A stretch of 64,000 nucleotides of DNA from assembly GCA_964450495.1 (NCBI GenBank), contig CAYVFU010000010.1, forward strand, positions 488 to 64,487, read 5' to 3'. This document shows positions 19,829 to 28,995 of this stretch, piece after piece. This DNA comes from an uncultured Saprospiraceae bacterium. Lineage in GTDB: Bacteria > Bacteroidota > Bacteroidia > Chitinophagales > Saprospiraceae. The first letter of the stretch is position 1. Each line of letters opens with the position of its first letter. The notes under the pieces were generated by a model, which searched no databases, was not told where the DNA came from, and saw only the letters and a program-made list of their open reading frames with translations. The position numbers and the translations under genes were made by a program.

Positions 19829-21295
19829 TTAAAAGTAAACAGGTCTTCGGACTTCAGCAATGTATTTTGCTAAATGCAGTACTTGTTGTGTATAGCCATA
19901 TTCATTGTCATACCAAATGTAAAGAACAACACTTTTGCCATTAGGAGCAACGATTGTAGAGTGACTATCGTAGACACTACAACAGTAACTGCCTTTAATG
20001 TCATTAGATACTAGTTCTGGCTCAAAACTGTATTTTATTTGTTCAACTAGATCACCTGATAAAGCTGCTTGTCTTATAGCATAATCAAGGGAGTCTTTTG
20101 TTACTTGTGTTTTCAGATCAGCGGTGATTATTGCAAGTGAACCGTTTGGAGTAGGGACTCTTACAGCATTGGCAGTGATCTTATTTTTTAAGATCGGCAT
20201 CACTTTTTCAATTGCATTTGCAGCATCAGTTTCAGTAATGACCATGTTCAATGCAGCAGATCTTCCTCTTCGATTTTTCTTGTGCATATTGTCCAAAAGG
20301 TTTTGATCATTGGTGTATGCATGCACTGATTGAATGTGGCCTTTTTCTATACCGAATGCGTCTTGCAGAACTTTTATGATGGGCACGATGGCATTATTAG
20401 TACATGAGCCCGCTGCCCAAATTTTTTCATCTTCTGGCAATAATTGATTGTGGTTTACGCCAAAAACAATGTTTGGGATGTCCTCGCCAGGTGCAGTCAA
20501 TAAAATTTTGTCGATTCCTCTAGCAATTAAATGTTGTTCGAGCATTTTTCTAGATCGATACACACCTGTATTGTCGATGACCAAAGCGTCTTTTATTCCG
20601 TATGTGGTGTAATCTATGTCGGAAGGTTCATTCGCATGGATGATGTGAACGATTTGTCCATTGATTATCATTGTTCGGTCTTCAGCATTTAATTCTACTA
20701 CACCGGAGAACTCACCGTGAATTGAATCCATTCTCAATAAATCAATTCGCTTTTCTAATTCTTCTCTGTTGGTATCTCTCGTGACAATAGCTCTCAATCT
20801 CAGCTGTTGTCCTTTTCCTGTTTTTTTTATTATCTCCCGAGCGCATAGTCTGCCAATTCTACCAAACCCATATAGTACAACATCAGTAGGGCTACCAATC
20901 GGTATATCGTCTTTATTGATAAAAGATTCTAACTTATCTTTTAAAAATTCTTTACGAGACAACAGGTGCTGTCTGTCAGAAGACCACTCATAGGCCAATT
21001 TTCCAATATCAATTTTGGAAGGTATTAGTTCTAGTTTCAAGAGGCCTTCTGCTAAGTTTGCAGTGTCTTTTATTTGGATTGGAAGTTTTACAAATTTTTC
21101 TGCATAGTCGTGAAAATGTAAGATCTCAGAAGGCGAAACATCAAGAAGTGGATTTCTAAAGAGGACTAATTCTACACCTTTGTCATATAGTAATTTTCCA
21201 ATAGCAGAAATCAAACGAACTGCATCTTTTTTTTGTTCTACCCAGCTGTCAAATGACTTCTCGTAAGCCTTGGGAATAGAGGTACTCGTTAGCAT
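19829..21295 (-). CDS. glyceraldehyde-3-phosphate dehydrogenase family protein, long form with ~135-aa N-terminal extension
   Basis: 488 aa. The Rossmann motif YGFGRIGR begins near residue 142. The catalytic Cys context is SCTNNAIVP and the His context is SVHAYTNDQ. Confidence 0.85.
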   Translation of the reverse strand: MLTSTSIPKAYEKSFDSWVEQKKDAVRLISAIGKLLYDKGVELVLFRNPLLDVSPSEILHFHDYAEKFVKLPIQIKDTANLAEGLLKLELIPSKIDIGKLAYEWSSDRQHLLSRKEFLKDKLESFINKDDIPIGSPTDVVLYGFGRIGRLCAREIIKKTGKGQQLRLRAIVTRDTNREELEKRIDLLRMDSIHGEFSGVVELNAEDRTMIINGQIVHIIHANEPSDIDYTTYGIKDALVIDNTGVYRSRKMLEQHLIARGIDKILLTAPGEDIPNIVFGVNHNQLLPEDEKIWAAGSCTNNAIVPIIKVLQDAFGIEKGHIQSVHAYTNDQNLLDNMHKKNRRGRSAALNMVITETDAANAIEKVMPILKNKITANAVRVPTPNGSLAIITADLKTQVTKDSLDYAIRQAALSGDLVEQIKYSFEPELVSNDIKGSYCCSVYDSHSTIVAPNGKSVVLYIWYDNEYGYTQQVLHLAKYIAEVRRPVYF

Positions 21296-21538
21296 AAGTG
21301 ATTCGATTATGATTGGCTCAAATATACTTGAAAGATCAGTAAAGAAGCTAGTATTCTAGACAACATCTTCCTCTATTTTAAGATTAGTAGTCTTATTGTT
21401 TTCTATTCTATGACATGAGTGTCTTAGATTCTTAGCTCATGAACCAAGTGGGGTTCAATAGCACTTATAGAACCTTTGCGTATTTAGAATACGACTCAAG
21501 TAATATTTGCGTAGCGGTTTTTGACTTACTTTAGGCGT

Positions 21539-21649
21539 TTAGCGTTTCGTAAATCTACCCAAAAGGATCAATAAGCCGTAGAGTAAATAAGCTAATCCAA
21601 ATATCACTATTGCTATTGCAATTATCAAACAAATTTTTTCAATTACCAT
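21539..21649 (-). CDS. hypothetical 36-aa single-TM micro-protein
   Basis: An ATG-initiated ORF reads MVIEKICLIIAIAIVIFGLAYLLYGLLILLGRFTKR. It is one clean hydrophobic helix with a basic tail and is the only protein-like ORF in a 750-bp gap. Confidence 0.3.
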   Translation of the reverse strand: MVIEKICLIIAIAIVIFGLAYLLYGLLILLGRFTKR

Positions 21650-21840
21650 GATCTAAATTTTTAAGATTAGAAATTATATCTAGCGTAATTTATTTTGTTT
21701 TTATCTATCTCTTGACTTTTCTAAGAGTAAGTAATGAATACTTTAATATAAATATTACTAATATAACGATAATTCTTGATAAATGTTCCAATTATGCCTA
21801 ATTGTCTTTGTAACCCAAACATAAAAAAGTGTTAATTTGT

Positions 21841-21861
21841 TTTCTACTTTTGAAGTAGAAA
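21841..21861. terminator. perfect 9-bp stem hairpin TTTCTACTT-ttg-AAGTAGAAA
   Basis: Seen directly in the sequence, about 180 nt downstream of the desaturase-family gene (minus strand). No clear U-tract follows on either strand. Confidence 0.25.
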
Positions 21862-22043
21862 GGATATCTGCAAACGATAATTAGAATAGATATTAGAACG
21901 TCTCAGTCGAAGTTGACGAGAAACGAAACACTGTGCTGCTTTTCCATAAATGTTTAAAGCAACGGTTCATAAACACTTTCAATAATCTTATCAAGCTTTT
22001 CTTTTATCAGAGACAAACAATCATCACTTATTCAGTAGAAAGC

Positions 22044-23306
22044 TTACGTTAAATTAGTTTGCTTTACTTTTTCAAAATAGGAAAAGTAAAGTGTCAATGC
22101 CATTGATATTGCTAAATAAAAGCCCATAATTAAAGTCGAAACAGAAAACAGATTTTCCAACCCAAACCATCCACCTAAATAAAACAGAATCAGAAAGCCT
22201 ATTAGTGTTTTCAACACTTCGGAAGGAACGGCAATAGGATGACGATCCATTAAACTGGTATAAGAAAATATCGAAACCGACAGAAAGACAACATAGATTG
22301 TAATTAAATTTACATTCAAGTTGGCAATGTTCTTCAATAGATGATATAGTAATACGTTATGGACAACCAACTGAAACCAACTCCAGGTAAGCATTCCAAA
22401 AGAATCATGCGTTGCATATTTATCTCTCTTGTGGACGTCCTCAACTATAGATACAGGGTATTTGTCAATCAGATCTGCAGGTCGCCAACCAGTCGGCATA
22501 AACCAAATTTTAAATTTGTCCATCAGATTATTCGTACGCCAAGCATCTTTGACAAGTTGCCAAATATGCATGAAATTAATCAAGATAGGATTCCAAGTAT
22601 TTGCTTGCTTTAGCGTACCATAAACTGGAGGCTCTTCTTTTAGTTCTTGTTGAAAAGTACCAAACCATTTATCCCAGATAATAAATATCTCAGAAAAATT
22701 TTTGTCTATGTAAATGTCATTTATCGCATGATGAACTCTGTGATGAGATGGCGTTACAATAATGTGTTCTAAAAAGCCCATTTTATTAATGACTCTTGTG
22801 TGATACCAAAACTGGGCAAACAAATGGAGAGGGGAGGCAATCGCTATAACCTTCGTTGGGATCCCTAACAATGCCATGGGGACATATAAAAAGAAATAAA
22901 CACCTACAAATGATGATATGGTCTGGCGCAACGCACAGGACAAATTGAACTCCTCACTACTGTGATGTATCACATGCCTATTCCACATGATATTGATCCT
23001 GTGATTGAAACGATGCGACCAGTATCCTGCAAAATCAAGCCCAATAAATGTCAATATGTACAACCACAAGGTGGATTGAATATCAAATAAACCTATGTGG
23101 GACTCCATATAGTTGTAACTGACAATTACGATAGAAAGACCAATCAAACTCTTTAGCGTATTTGTCATGCCCGAGGACAAACTACTAATGGTATCCATGG
23201 GACTATTCACGGATAAATTCATCAATTTTGCCACGATAGATTCTATGATTATAAGAATCACAAATCCTGGAATAGCGTAAGTAAGTACCTGAGCATAAGC
23301 TTCCAT
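22044..23306 (-). CDS. sterol desaturase/fatty acid hydroxylase superfamily membrane protein with extra C-terminal TM domain
   Basis: 420 aa with histidine boxes HRFNH, HVIHHSSEE and HHRVHH, followed by about 150 aa of additional predicted TM helices. Confidence 0.8.
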   Translation of the reverse strand: MEAYAQVLTYAIPGFVILIIIESIVAKLMNLSVNSPMDTISSLSSGMTNTLKSLIGLSIVIVSYNYMESHIGLFDIQSTLWLYILTFIGLDFAGYWSHRFNHRINIMWNRHVIHHSSEEFNLSCALRQTISSFVGVYFFLYVPMALLGIPTKVIAIASPLHLFAQFWYHTRVINKMGFLEHIIVTPSHHRVHHAINDIYIDKNFSEIFIIWDKWFGTFQQELKEEPPVYGTLKQANTWNPILINFMHIWQLVKDAWRTNNLMDKFKIWFMPTGWRPADLIDKYPVSIVEDVHKRDKYATHDSFGMLTWSWFQLVVHNVLLYHLLKNIANLNVNLITIYVVFLSVSIFSYTSLMDRHPIAVPSEVLKTLIGFLILFYLGGWFGLENLFSVSTLIMGFYLAISMALTLYFSYFEKVKQTNLT

Positions 23307-23434
23307 AGACTATAAATTTATTTCAATTTCATGAATTAATTCAGAATAATAGGATTTGTATGGCACGACTTATGCATTCTTTAACTGGACAGACCTGAGG
23401 ATTTATCCATTAATTGATTAAATTCAAACAGTCG

Positions 23435-26400
23435 ATGGTAAAAAATCTGATCAACTATATTGTCATTCTACTCTCCTTACTGGCGTTCAATGCAACGTCT
23501 TTAACAGCTCAGAATTGTGCTCAAACTGCTGGTAGTATAACCTTTGCAGAGTCTCGTTTTGATACATTAACCACAAGTATTTTAAATAGAATAAACATTG
23601 TAAATGATGTGGTAGTTGTCATAAATGCCGACGCCCCAGATGCTGGTACACATACTTTAATCTTGATGGATTCAGACGGCAATATTCTGAATTTGCAAAA
23701 TCTTGGTGATTCTGGCTGTAATGAGAAGTTCATTTTTGAAAACGACTTTTTTCCCAATCCATTGGAGAACACTGTATACACACTGCAAATGATTAGTATA
23801 GAAAGCTTGGCTACTGACCTTGCAATTGGACAAACCGTAGATGGTTTATCTGGTTGTTTTGCATTGTCTACTCCTCTTTTGGTCAATACAGTCAGTTATT
23901 CAAGAGTTGTTGAGGTATCGATTATTAGTAATCAAGTTAGTGACGATCATCTAAATCTTTTCGGTGGCAGTATTGGTGTCAATTCCGTTACCAATTCAGG
24001 TCAAGTCTTTCAATTGGACATTTGTACGATTGATACAATGAATAGAACGTTTAATGTCTTTGGAGCAATCGGACTAAATAAAAGATGGGTCATTACAGAT
24101 ACGGAGGGAATACTACTTGATGTATCTCCGAACCCGTTTAGTGATTTTAGAAAGTATGTAGACCAAGTTGACTTATCATCAAATTCACATCAACTGGAAA
24201 TGTTTCATGTAAGTTTTGTAGGTGCTAATGACTGGCTAACTATTGGTGACAACATAAGGGAAGATGCATGTGTAGGGCCAATCCGTAGCACAAGTGCCAT
24301 TTATGAATTGACTTATGTAGAATGCGAAGATACATGCACAGATGGGTTGCTGAATGGCAACGAAATGTTTCTTGATGATTGTCCAATTGTTGAGGAGTTT
24401 GCTTGCTCTGTTACTGTAGAACGAGAAATCTTTTGTTTTCAAGACTCTACAGGAGTCTTGCAGGTTGATGTTACCGGGGCAGATGACATGCTTAGTTTCT
24501 CTTGGAATACGGGTGCAGATACTCAGATACTTAATAATGTTTCAGCTGGATCATATACAGTGACAGTAACCAATTCAAGTGCTGTGAACACGACTTGCAA
24601 TGTTGATCTAGACGAACCATCAGAATTAGATGTGGACATAGACTTATCTTTTATAACCTCTTGTTCTGCAACTGCATCTGTGACAGGCGGTGTACGACCG
24701 TACACCTACAATTGGAATAACGGGCAGAATTTTATTACTGTACAAAATCTTTTATCTCATCCAGCTGTGACAGTTACAGATGCGAATCAGTGTACAGATA
24801 CCATAAGCATTACACCTAACGCTTTTAGTCAAACTTGTGGTGATTGTACTGACGGCATTAGAAATAATGATGAGACAGGTGTAGATTGTGGCGGATCAAT
24901 GTGTCAACCTTGCGGAGAAAATATGCAAAACGATAATCCAATACAGTTAACTAAATTGGCAAATTTTATAGATGAGAATAATGATGGTTTAGCCCAAACA
25001 GGAGAGACAATAGAATACATACTAACAGTTTGCAATACAAGCAGTGATACACTAAGACTAATCACAGTTGAGGACCCGTTAGTCACCTTAGAAGGTATGG
25101 CTTTTGATCTTGCCCCAAACAGCTGTAATGCTGATGCTTTCTCGGGTACTTATACAATCTCAGATGCTGATTTATCCATGGGATCTATCTTTAATCAAGC
25201 AACTGTATCAGCAATGTATCAAGACAGTATCATGATAAGCGATTTGTCAGATGATCCTGATGAGGACACAAATACTGATGAGGGCAATGACGGAGAACCA
25301 GATGATCCTACAGTTTTTATCTTAGAATTAGCAGGTCCATGTGGAAGTCCGGTCATTGATACAGACAATGATGGAATGTGTGATGCCCTTGATGAAGATG
25401 ACGATAATGATGGTGTAAGTGATGCAGAAGATGCTTTTCCTTTTGATGTTACGGAATCCCAAGACTCTGATGGCGATGGTTTCGGAGATAATGGAGATTT
25501 TGATGACGATAATGATTCTGTTGACGATAGGCAGGATGCGTTCCCTCTAGACCCAACAGAAAGTCTAGATACAGATGAAGACGGTATTGGAAATAATGAA
25601 GACAATGACGATGACAATGACATGATCAATGATAGTGAAGATGCCTTTCCACTAAATGCTTCTGAGTCAGTTGATTCTGATGGCGATGGTTTCGGAGATA
25701 ATGAAGATTTGGATGATGACAACGATGGTTGTACTGACGACATAGATCCCAATCCATTAGTTGCAGGAAACGATTGTGAAGTCGACCCTGATATGCCTCC
25801 AGTCAACTCTTCGTGTTTAGACCAAACACTTGAAGAAGATCAGATAGCATTTGGAGGAGAAATAAAAACAGAGATAGGTTTTCCTATTGATAGTGTTACC
25901 CTGCGAGTCTTGAGTACAGAAAATCTTAGTAATCCAACGTTTACGGATCAAGACGGTACTTATGTTTCAGAAGTTGTTTCCACAGGATTTAATTACGAAA
26001 TACAGCCATCTAAAGAAGATGATCCTTTTCCCGGTGTTTCGACACTTGATATGTTGTTCACACAGAGACATATCTTAAGAATTGAGTTGTTGGAAACACC
26101 TCATAAGATTATTGCAGCAGATGTCAGCGGAAACCAAGAATTGTCAATTGTTGATATTATCAATATGAGACAATTGATTCTTGGTGTTATTGATGAATGG
26201 AACACTGGTTTGGCTTGGAATTTTGTAGATGCTGATTTCAATTTCTTTGACGCTGAGAATCCTTGGCCATTTGCAGATGCTATATCTAAACGTGATCAAG
26301 AGCTAAGTGATTGCAATGCAGATTTTGTTGCCATCAGAATTGGAGATGTTGACAACAGCTTTGAAGCAAGTAATGGCTTTACTGCAGAGAACAGATTTAT

Positions 26401-27034
26401 ACCAAAAAGTGATATTCACATGGTTAGAACAACACAGTCAGATGGCCATGTATTGATAGATTTTTACCCAACCAAAGAGGAACTTCTATATGGTTTTCAA
26501 CTTGCACTAGATGGGGTGGATGGTAATAGCATAATCGAATCAAATTTACCAGAATTTACAGATGATAATATCCATATAGAAGATAACACTTTGAGAGTTA
26601 GTTGGACGAAGCCTGAAGGTCAAAACATAAGTAGTCAAGAACCTTTATTCTCTATTAAAACAAAATCAAGAACATCACCTAGTATTAACAGTACTGTCCT
26701 TAACCCGGAAATATACTTGGGTAATTCAATAGAGATTCATTCAATAGAATTAAGTAGTGACGTTTTGTCTGATGCCTTGTCAAGTATTGTGGCAACTCCA
26801 AACCCATTTACTTCAGATGTGACAATTCATTTTGAACAACACAAAGAACAATTGGTGACTTTTGATCTCTTTAGTATTGACGGAAAACTTTTGTATACTG
26901 AAACCTATCATGCCCTTAGCGGGAAACAAGCAATTAAGTTGACATCAGATCAAGTTTCAGAAACAGGAACTTTTTATTATACATTAACCAGTGGCTCCAC
27001 GCGGCATTCAGATTCGATTGTGAAAATAAATTGA
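23435..27034 (+). CDS. T9SS-sorted surface protein with SprB-type repeats, acidic TSP3-like repeats and a dockerin-like module
   Basis: The ORF opens at TTG 23414, but the signal peptide starts at ATG 23435 (MVKNLINYIVILLSLLAFNATSLTAQ). Its SprB-like repeats read GSYTVTVTN...C and VTVTDANQC. It also has DxDxDG acidic repeats, the dockerin-like DVSGNQELSIVDIINMRQLILG, and a Por-type CTD (TPNPFTSDVTIHF...IVKIN). Confidence 0.88.
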   Translation: MVKNLINYIVILLSLLAFNATSLTAQNCAQTAGSITFAESRFDTLTTSILNRINIVNDVVVVINADAPDAGTHTLILMDSDGNILNLQNLGDSGCNEKFIFENDFFPNPLENTVYTLQMISIESLATDLAIGQTVDGLSGCFALSTPLLVNTVSYSRVVEVSIISNQVSDDHLNLFGGSIGVNSVTNSGQVFQLDICTIDTMNRTFNVFGAIGLNKRWVITDTEGILLDVSPNPFSDFRKYVDQVDLSSNSHQLEMFHVSFVGANDWLTIGDNIREDACVGPIRSTSAIYELTYVECEDTCTDGLLNGNEMFLDDCPIVEEFACSVTVEREIFCFQDSTGVLQVDVTGADDMLSFSWNTGADTQILNNVSAGSYTVTVTNSSAVNTTCNVDLDEPSELDVDIDLSFITSCSATASVTGGVRPYTYNWNNGQNFITVQNLLSHPAVTVTDANQCTDTISITPNAFSQTCGDCTDGIRNNDETGVDCGGSMCQPCGENMQNDNPIQLTKLANFIDENNDGLAQTGETIEYILTVCNTSSDTLRLITVEDPLVTLEGMAFDLAPNSCNADAFSGTYTISDADLSMGSIFNQATVSAMYQDSIMISDLSDDPDEDTNTDEGNDGEPDDPTVFILELAGPCGSPVIDTDNDGMCDALDEDDDNDGVSDAEDAFPFDVTESQDSDGDGFGDNGDFDDDNDSVDDRQDAFPLDPTESLDTDEDGIGNNEDNDDDNDMINDSEDAFPLNASESVDSDGDGFGDNEDLDDDNDGCTDDIDPNPLVAGNDCEVDPDMPPVNSSCLDQTLEEDQIAFGGEIKTEIGFPIDSVTLRVLSTENLSNPTFTDQDGTYVSEVVSTGFNYEIQPSKEDDPFPGVSTLDMLFTQRHILRIELLETPHKIIAADVSGNQELSIVDIINMRQLILGVIDEWNTGLAWNFVDADFNFFDAENPWPFADAISKRDQELSDCNADFVAIRIGDVDNSFEASNGFTAENRFIPKSDIHMVRTTQSDGHVLIDFYPTKEELLYGFQLALDGVDGNSIIESNLPEFTDDNIHIEDNTLRVSWTKPEGQNISSQEPLFSIKTKSRTSPSINSTVLNPEIYLGNSIEIHSIELSSDVLSDALSSIVATPNPFTSDVTIHFEQHKEQLVTFDLFSIDGKLLYTETYHALSGKQAIKLTSDQVSETGTFYYTLTSGSTRHSDSIVKIN
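25358..25755 (+). repeat. tandem acidic thrombospondin type-3-like calcium-binding repeats (coding)
   Basis: There are three ~35-codon units of the form DAFP(F/L)(D/N)xxES(Q/L/V)D(S/T)D(G/E)DG(F/I)G(D/N)N(G/E)DxDDDND. Confidence 0.8.
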
Positions 27035-27111
27035 TCGATTGATTTCAAGGCTTCACGGTTTTTAATAAATGCCCATTTTTATTACACCTATTATTCAAAA
27101 ATTAAATTAAA

Positions 27112-27957
27112 ATGTCAGAAACAATAGATTGGCAAATCGCTAAAGAATATAAAGACATTACTTATAAAAAATGTAGAGGAGTTGCGCGTATCGCGTTTAA
27201 TCGACCTGAGGTCAGGAATGCATTTAGACCCAATACAGTGTTTGAATTATTGGATGCTTTTCACAATGCCAAAGAAGACAGAAGTGTCGGTGTTATTCTT
27301 TTTTCAGGTGAAGGTCCATCTGCAAAAGATGGCGGATGGGCATTTTGTTCTGGAGGTGATCAAAGTGTAAGAGGCAAACGAGGCTATGAAGGAGGTGATG
27401 GAATAGGTCGGCTCAATATATTGGAGGTTCAGCGGTTAATTCGTTTCATGAATAAGGTCGTGATTTGTGTGGTGCCAGGTTGGGCAGTAGGTGGAGGACA
27501 CAGTCTTCATGTAGTTTGCGATCTTTCACTGGCAAGTAAAGAACATGCCATTTTCAAGCAGACTGATGCGGATGTCGCTAGTTACGACGCTGGCTATGGT
27601 AGCGCTTATTTGGCAAGACAAGTAGGGCAGAAAAGAGCTAGAGAAATATTTTTTTTGGGAAGGAATTATTCTGCTCAAGAAGCCTTTGATATGGGAATGG
27701 TGAATGCTGTGTACCCTCATGATGAACTGGAAGATCAGGCGTTTCAATGGGCGCAAGAGATTCTTGCTAAAAGTCCAATGGCCATTAAAATGTTGAAATA
27801 CGCTTTTAATCTAATTGATGATGGGCTAGTAGGCCAACAAATCTTCGCTGGAGAAGCAACACGTTTAGGATACATGACAGATGAGGCAGAAGAAGGTCGA
27901 AATGCTTTTCTGGAGAAGAGAAAACCTGACTTTGATAAATTTCCTAAATTTCCATAG
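27112..27957 (+). CDS. menB: 1,4-dihydroxy-2-naphthoyl-CoA synthase
   Basis: 281 aa, crotonase fold, with RPEVRNAFRP, FCSGGDQSVRG and VPGWAVGGGH. Confidence 0.93.
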   Translation: MSETIDWQIAKEYKDITYKKCRGVARIAFNRPEVRNAFRPNTVFELLDAFHNAKEDRSVGVILFSGEGPSAKDGGWAFCSGGDQSVRGKRGYEGGDGIGRLNILEVQRLIRFMNKVVICVVPGWAVGGGHSLHVVCDLSLASKEHAIFKQTDADVASYDAGYGSAYLARQVGQKRAREIFFLGRNYSAQEAFDMGMVNAVYPHDELEDQAFQWAQEILAKSPMAIKMLKYAFNLIDDGLVGQQIFAGEATRLGYMTDEAEEGRNAFLEKRKPDFDKFPKFP

Positions 27958-28053
27958 TGTTAATTTAAGATTCTAGTTAAGAACGACAATCAGATTTTGG
28001 ATATCACAAGTCCTTTCGTTTATCTTGTGCACTTATTTCAAATACTTCAGAAG

Positions 28054-28863
28054 ATGAAATTTACAGCAGTCTTTATCCTAAGTCTTTTTCTTGCAACATC
28101 TACTTTATTCGCACAGGTGTGTCCTGAAAATGATACAGATTGCGTTGGCATTTATTTTACAGATGCAACAGCCTCAGTGGGTGAGTTACTGTGCGTGGAT
28201 GTCTTCACTTGTGGATTTAAAGATATTTTATCCTTCCAATTTTCATTATCATTTAGAGAAGATTTAATCGCATTCAACTCTTGTGAGACAGATGCATTAG
28301 ATGGATATACGTGTAGTGACTTACAACCAGAATCGGATGAGCCTGTCATTAAGACTGTCTGGTTTCAGGCACAATCGTCACCTACCACCTTGGATTCTGC
28401 AACCGTGTTAACTACCTTATGTTTTGATGTATTGCAAGATGTCGATTCTGAAGGTGAGATAATAAGCTTTTCTGATGACCTTAGATTAGAAATCATACAG
28501 GGCGATCCAGATAATCCTTCAGCACCTTTGGTTGTAAAAGAAGGTTGCACAGGAGGAATGCCTTCAATCGTCATGTCTGGTGATATGACATCTTCAACAA
28601 ATGAAATATTCGAACAATCAATCAAGCTTGGTCCTAATCCATTTGACAATGTTATATCCATTAATATAGATCCTCAATTGCAAGATGACATCATAGTGTA
28701 TGTCAATGACTTGGCTGGTAAAAATGTAGTACGTCAAACTATGGATAAAAGTACAATGGCACTAGATCTTTCAAGTGTGGCGAATGGAATGTACATGTTG
28801 GTTTTAGAGTCTAAAGATCATGGGACTTGGGTTCAGAAAATTATGAAGTCAGCTGCACAGTAA
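28054..28863 (+). CDS. cohesin-like domain protein with T9SS C-terminal domain
   Basis: The ORF opens at TTG 27997, but the signal peptide starts at ATG 28054 (MKFTAVFILSLFLATSTLFAQ). A cohesin-like pattern runs through ASVGELLCVDVFTCGFKDILSFQFSLSFREDLIAF...TTLCFDV. A Por-type CTD is present (GPNPFDNVISINI...GMYMLVLES). Confidence 0.75.
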   Translation: MKFTAVFILSLFLATSTLFAQVCPENDTDCVGIYFTDATASVGELLCVDVFTCGFKDILSFQFSLSFREDLIAFNSCETDALDGYTCSDLQPESDEPVIKTVWFQAQSSPTTLDSATVLTTLCFDVLQDVDSEGEIISFSDDLRLEIIQGDPDNPSAPLVVKEGCTGGMPSIVMSGDMTSSTNEIFEQSIKLGPNPFDNVISINIDPQLQDDIIVYVNDLAGKNVVRQTMDKSTMALDLSSVANGMYMLVLESKDHGTWVQKIMKSAAQ

Positions 28864-28995
28864 AATACCTAGAACATTTATTCAGGACTCTAGATTACAA
28901 GTTTACAATTTACTTCACGGTCTCCACTTCATTTTTCCTAGAACATCGTCTCCTAGAATATTTTTCTTATTTTAGACTACTACACAAAGCAAAGC

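Noticed and set aside
21441-21470. tRNA-like T-arm (GGGGTTCAATAGC)
   Set aside because: It does not match GGTTCGAATCC-type T-loops. No acceptor or anticodon arms can be drawn around it.
25219-25806. 195-aa Ser-rich minus-strand ORF
   Set aside because: It is the antisense shadow of the Asp-rich TSP3 repeats, where GAT/GAC codons read as ATC/GTC and Ser codons on the other strand. It has low-complexity composition and lies fully inside a well-supported gene.
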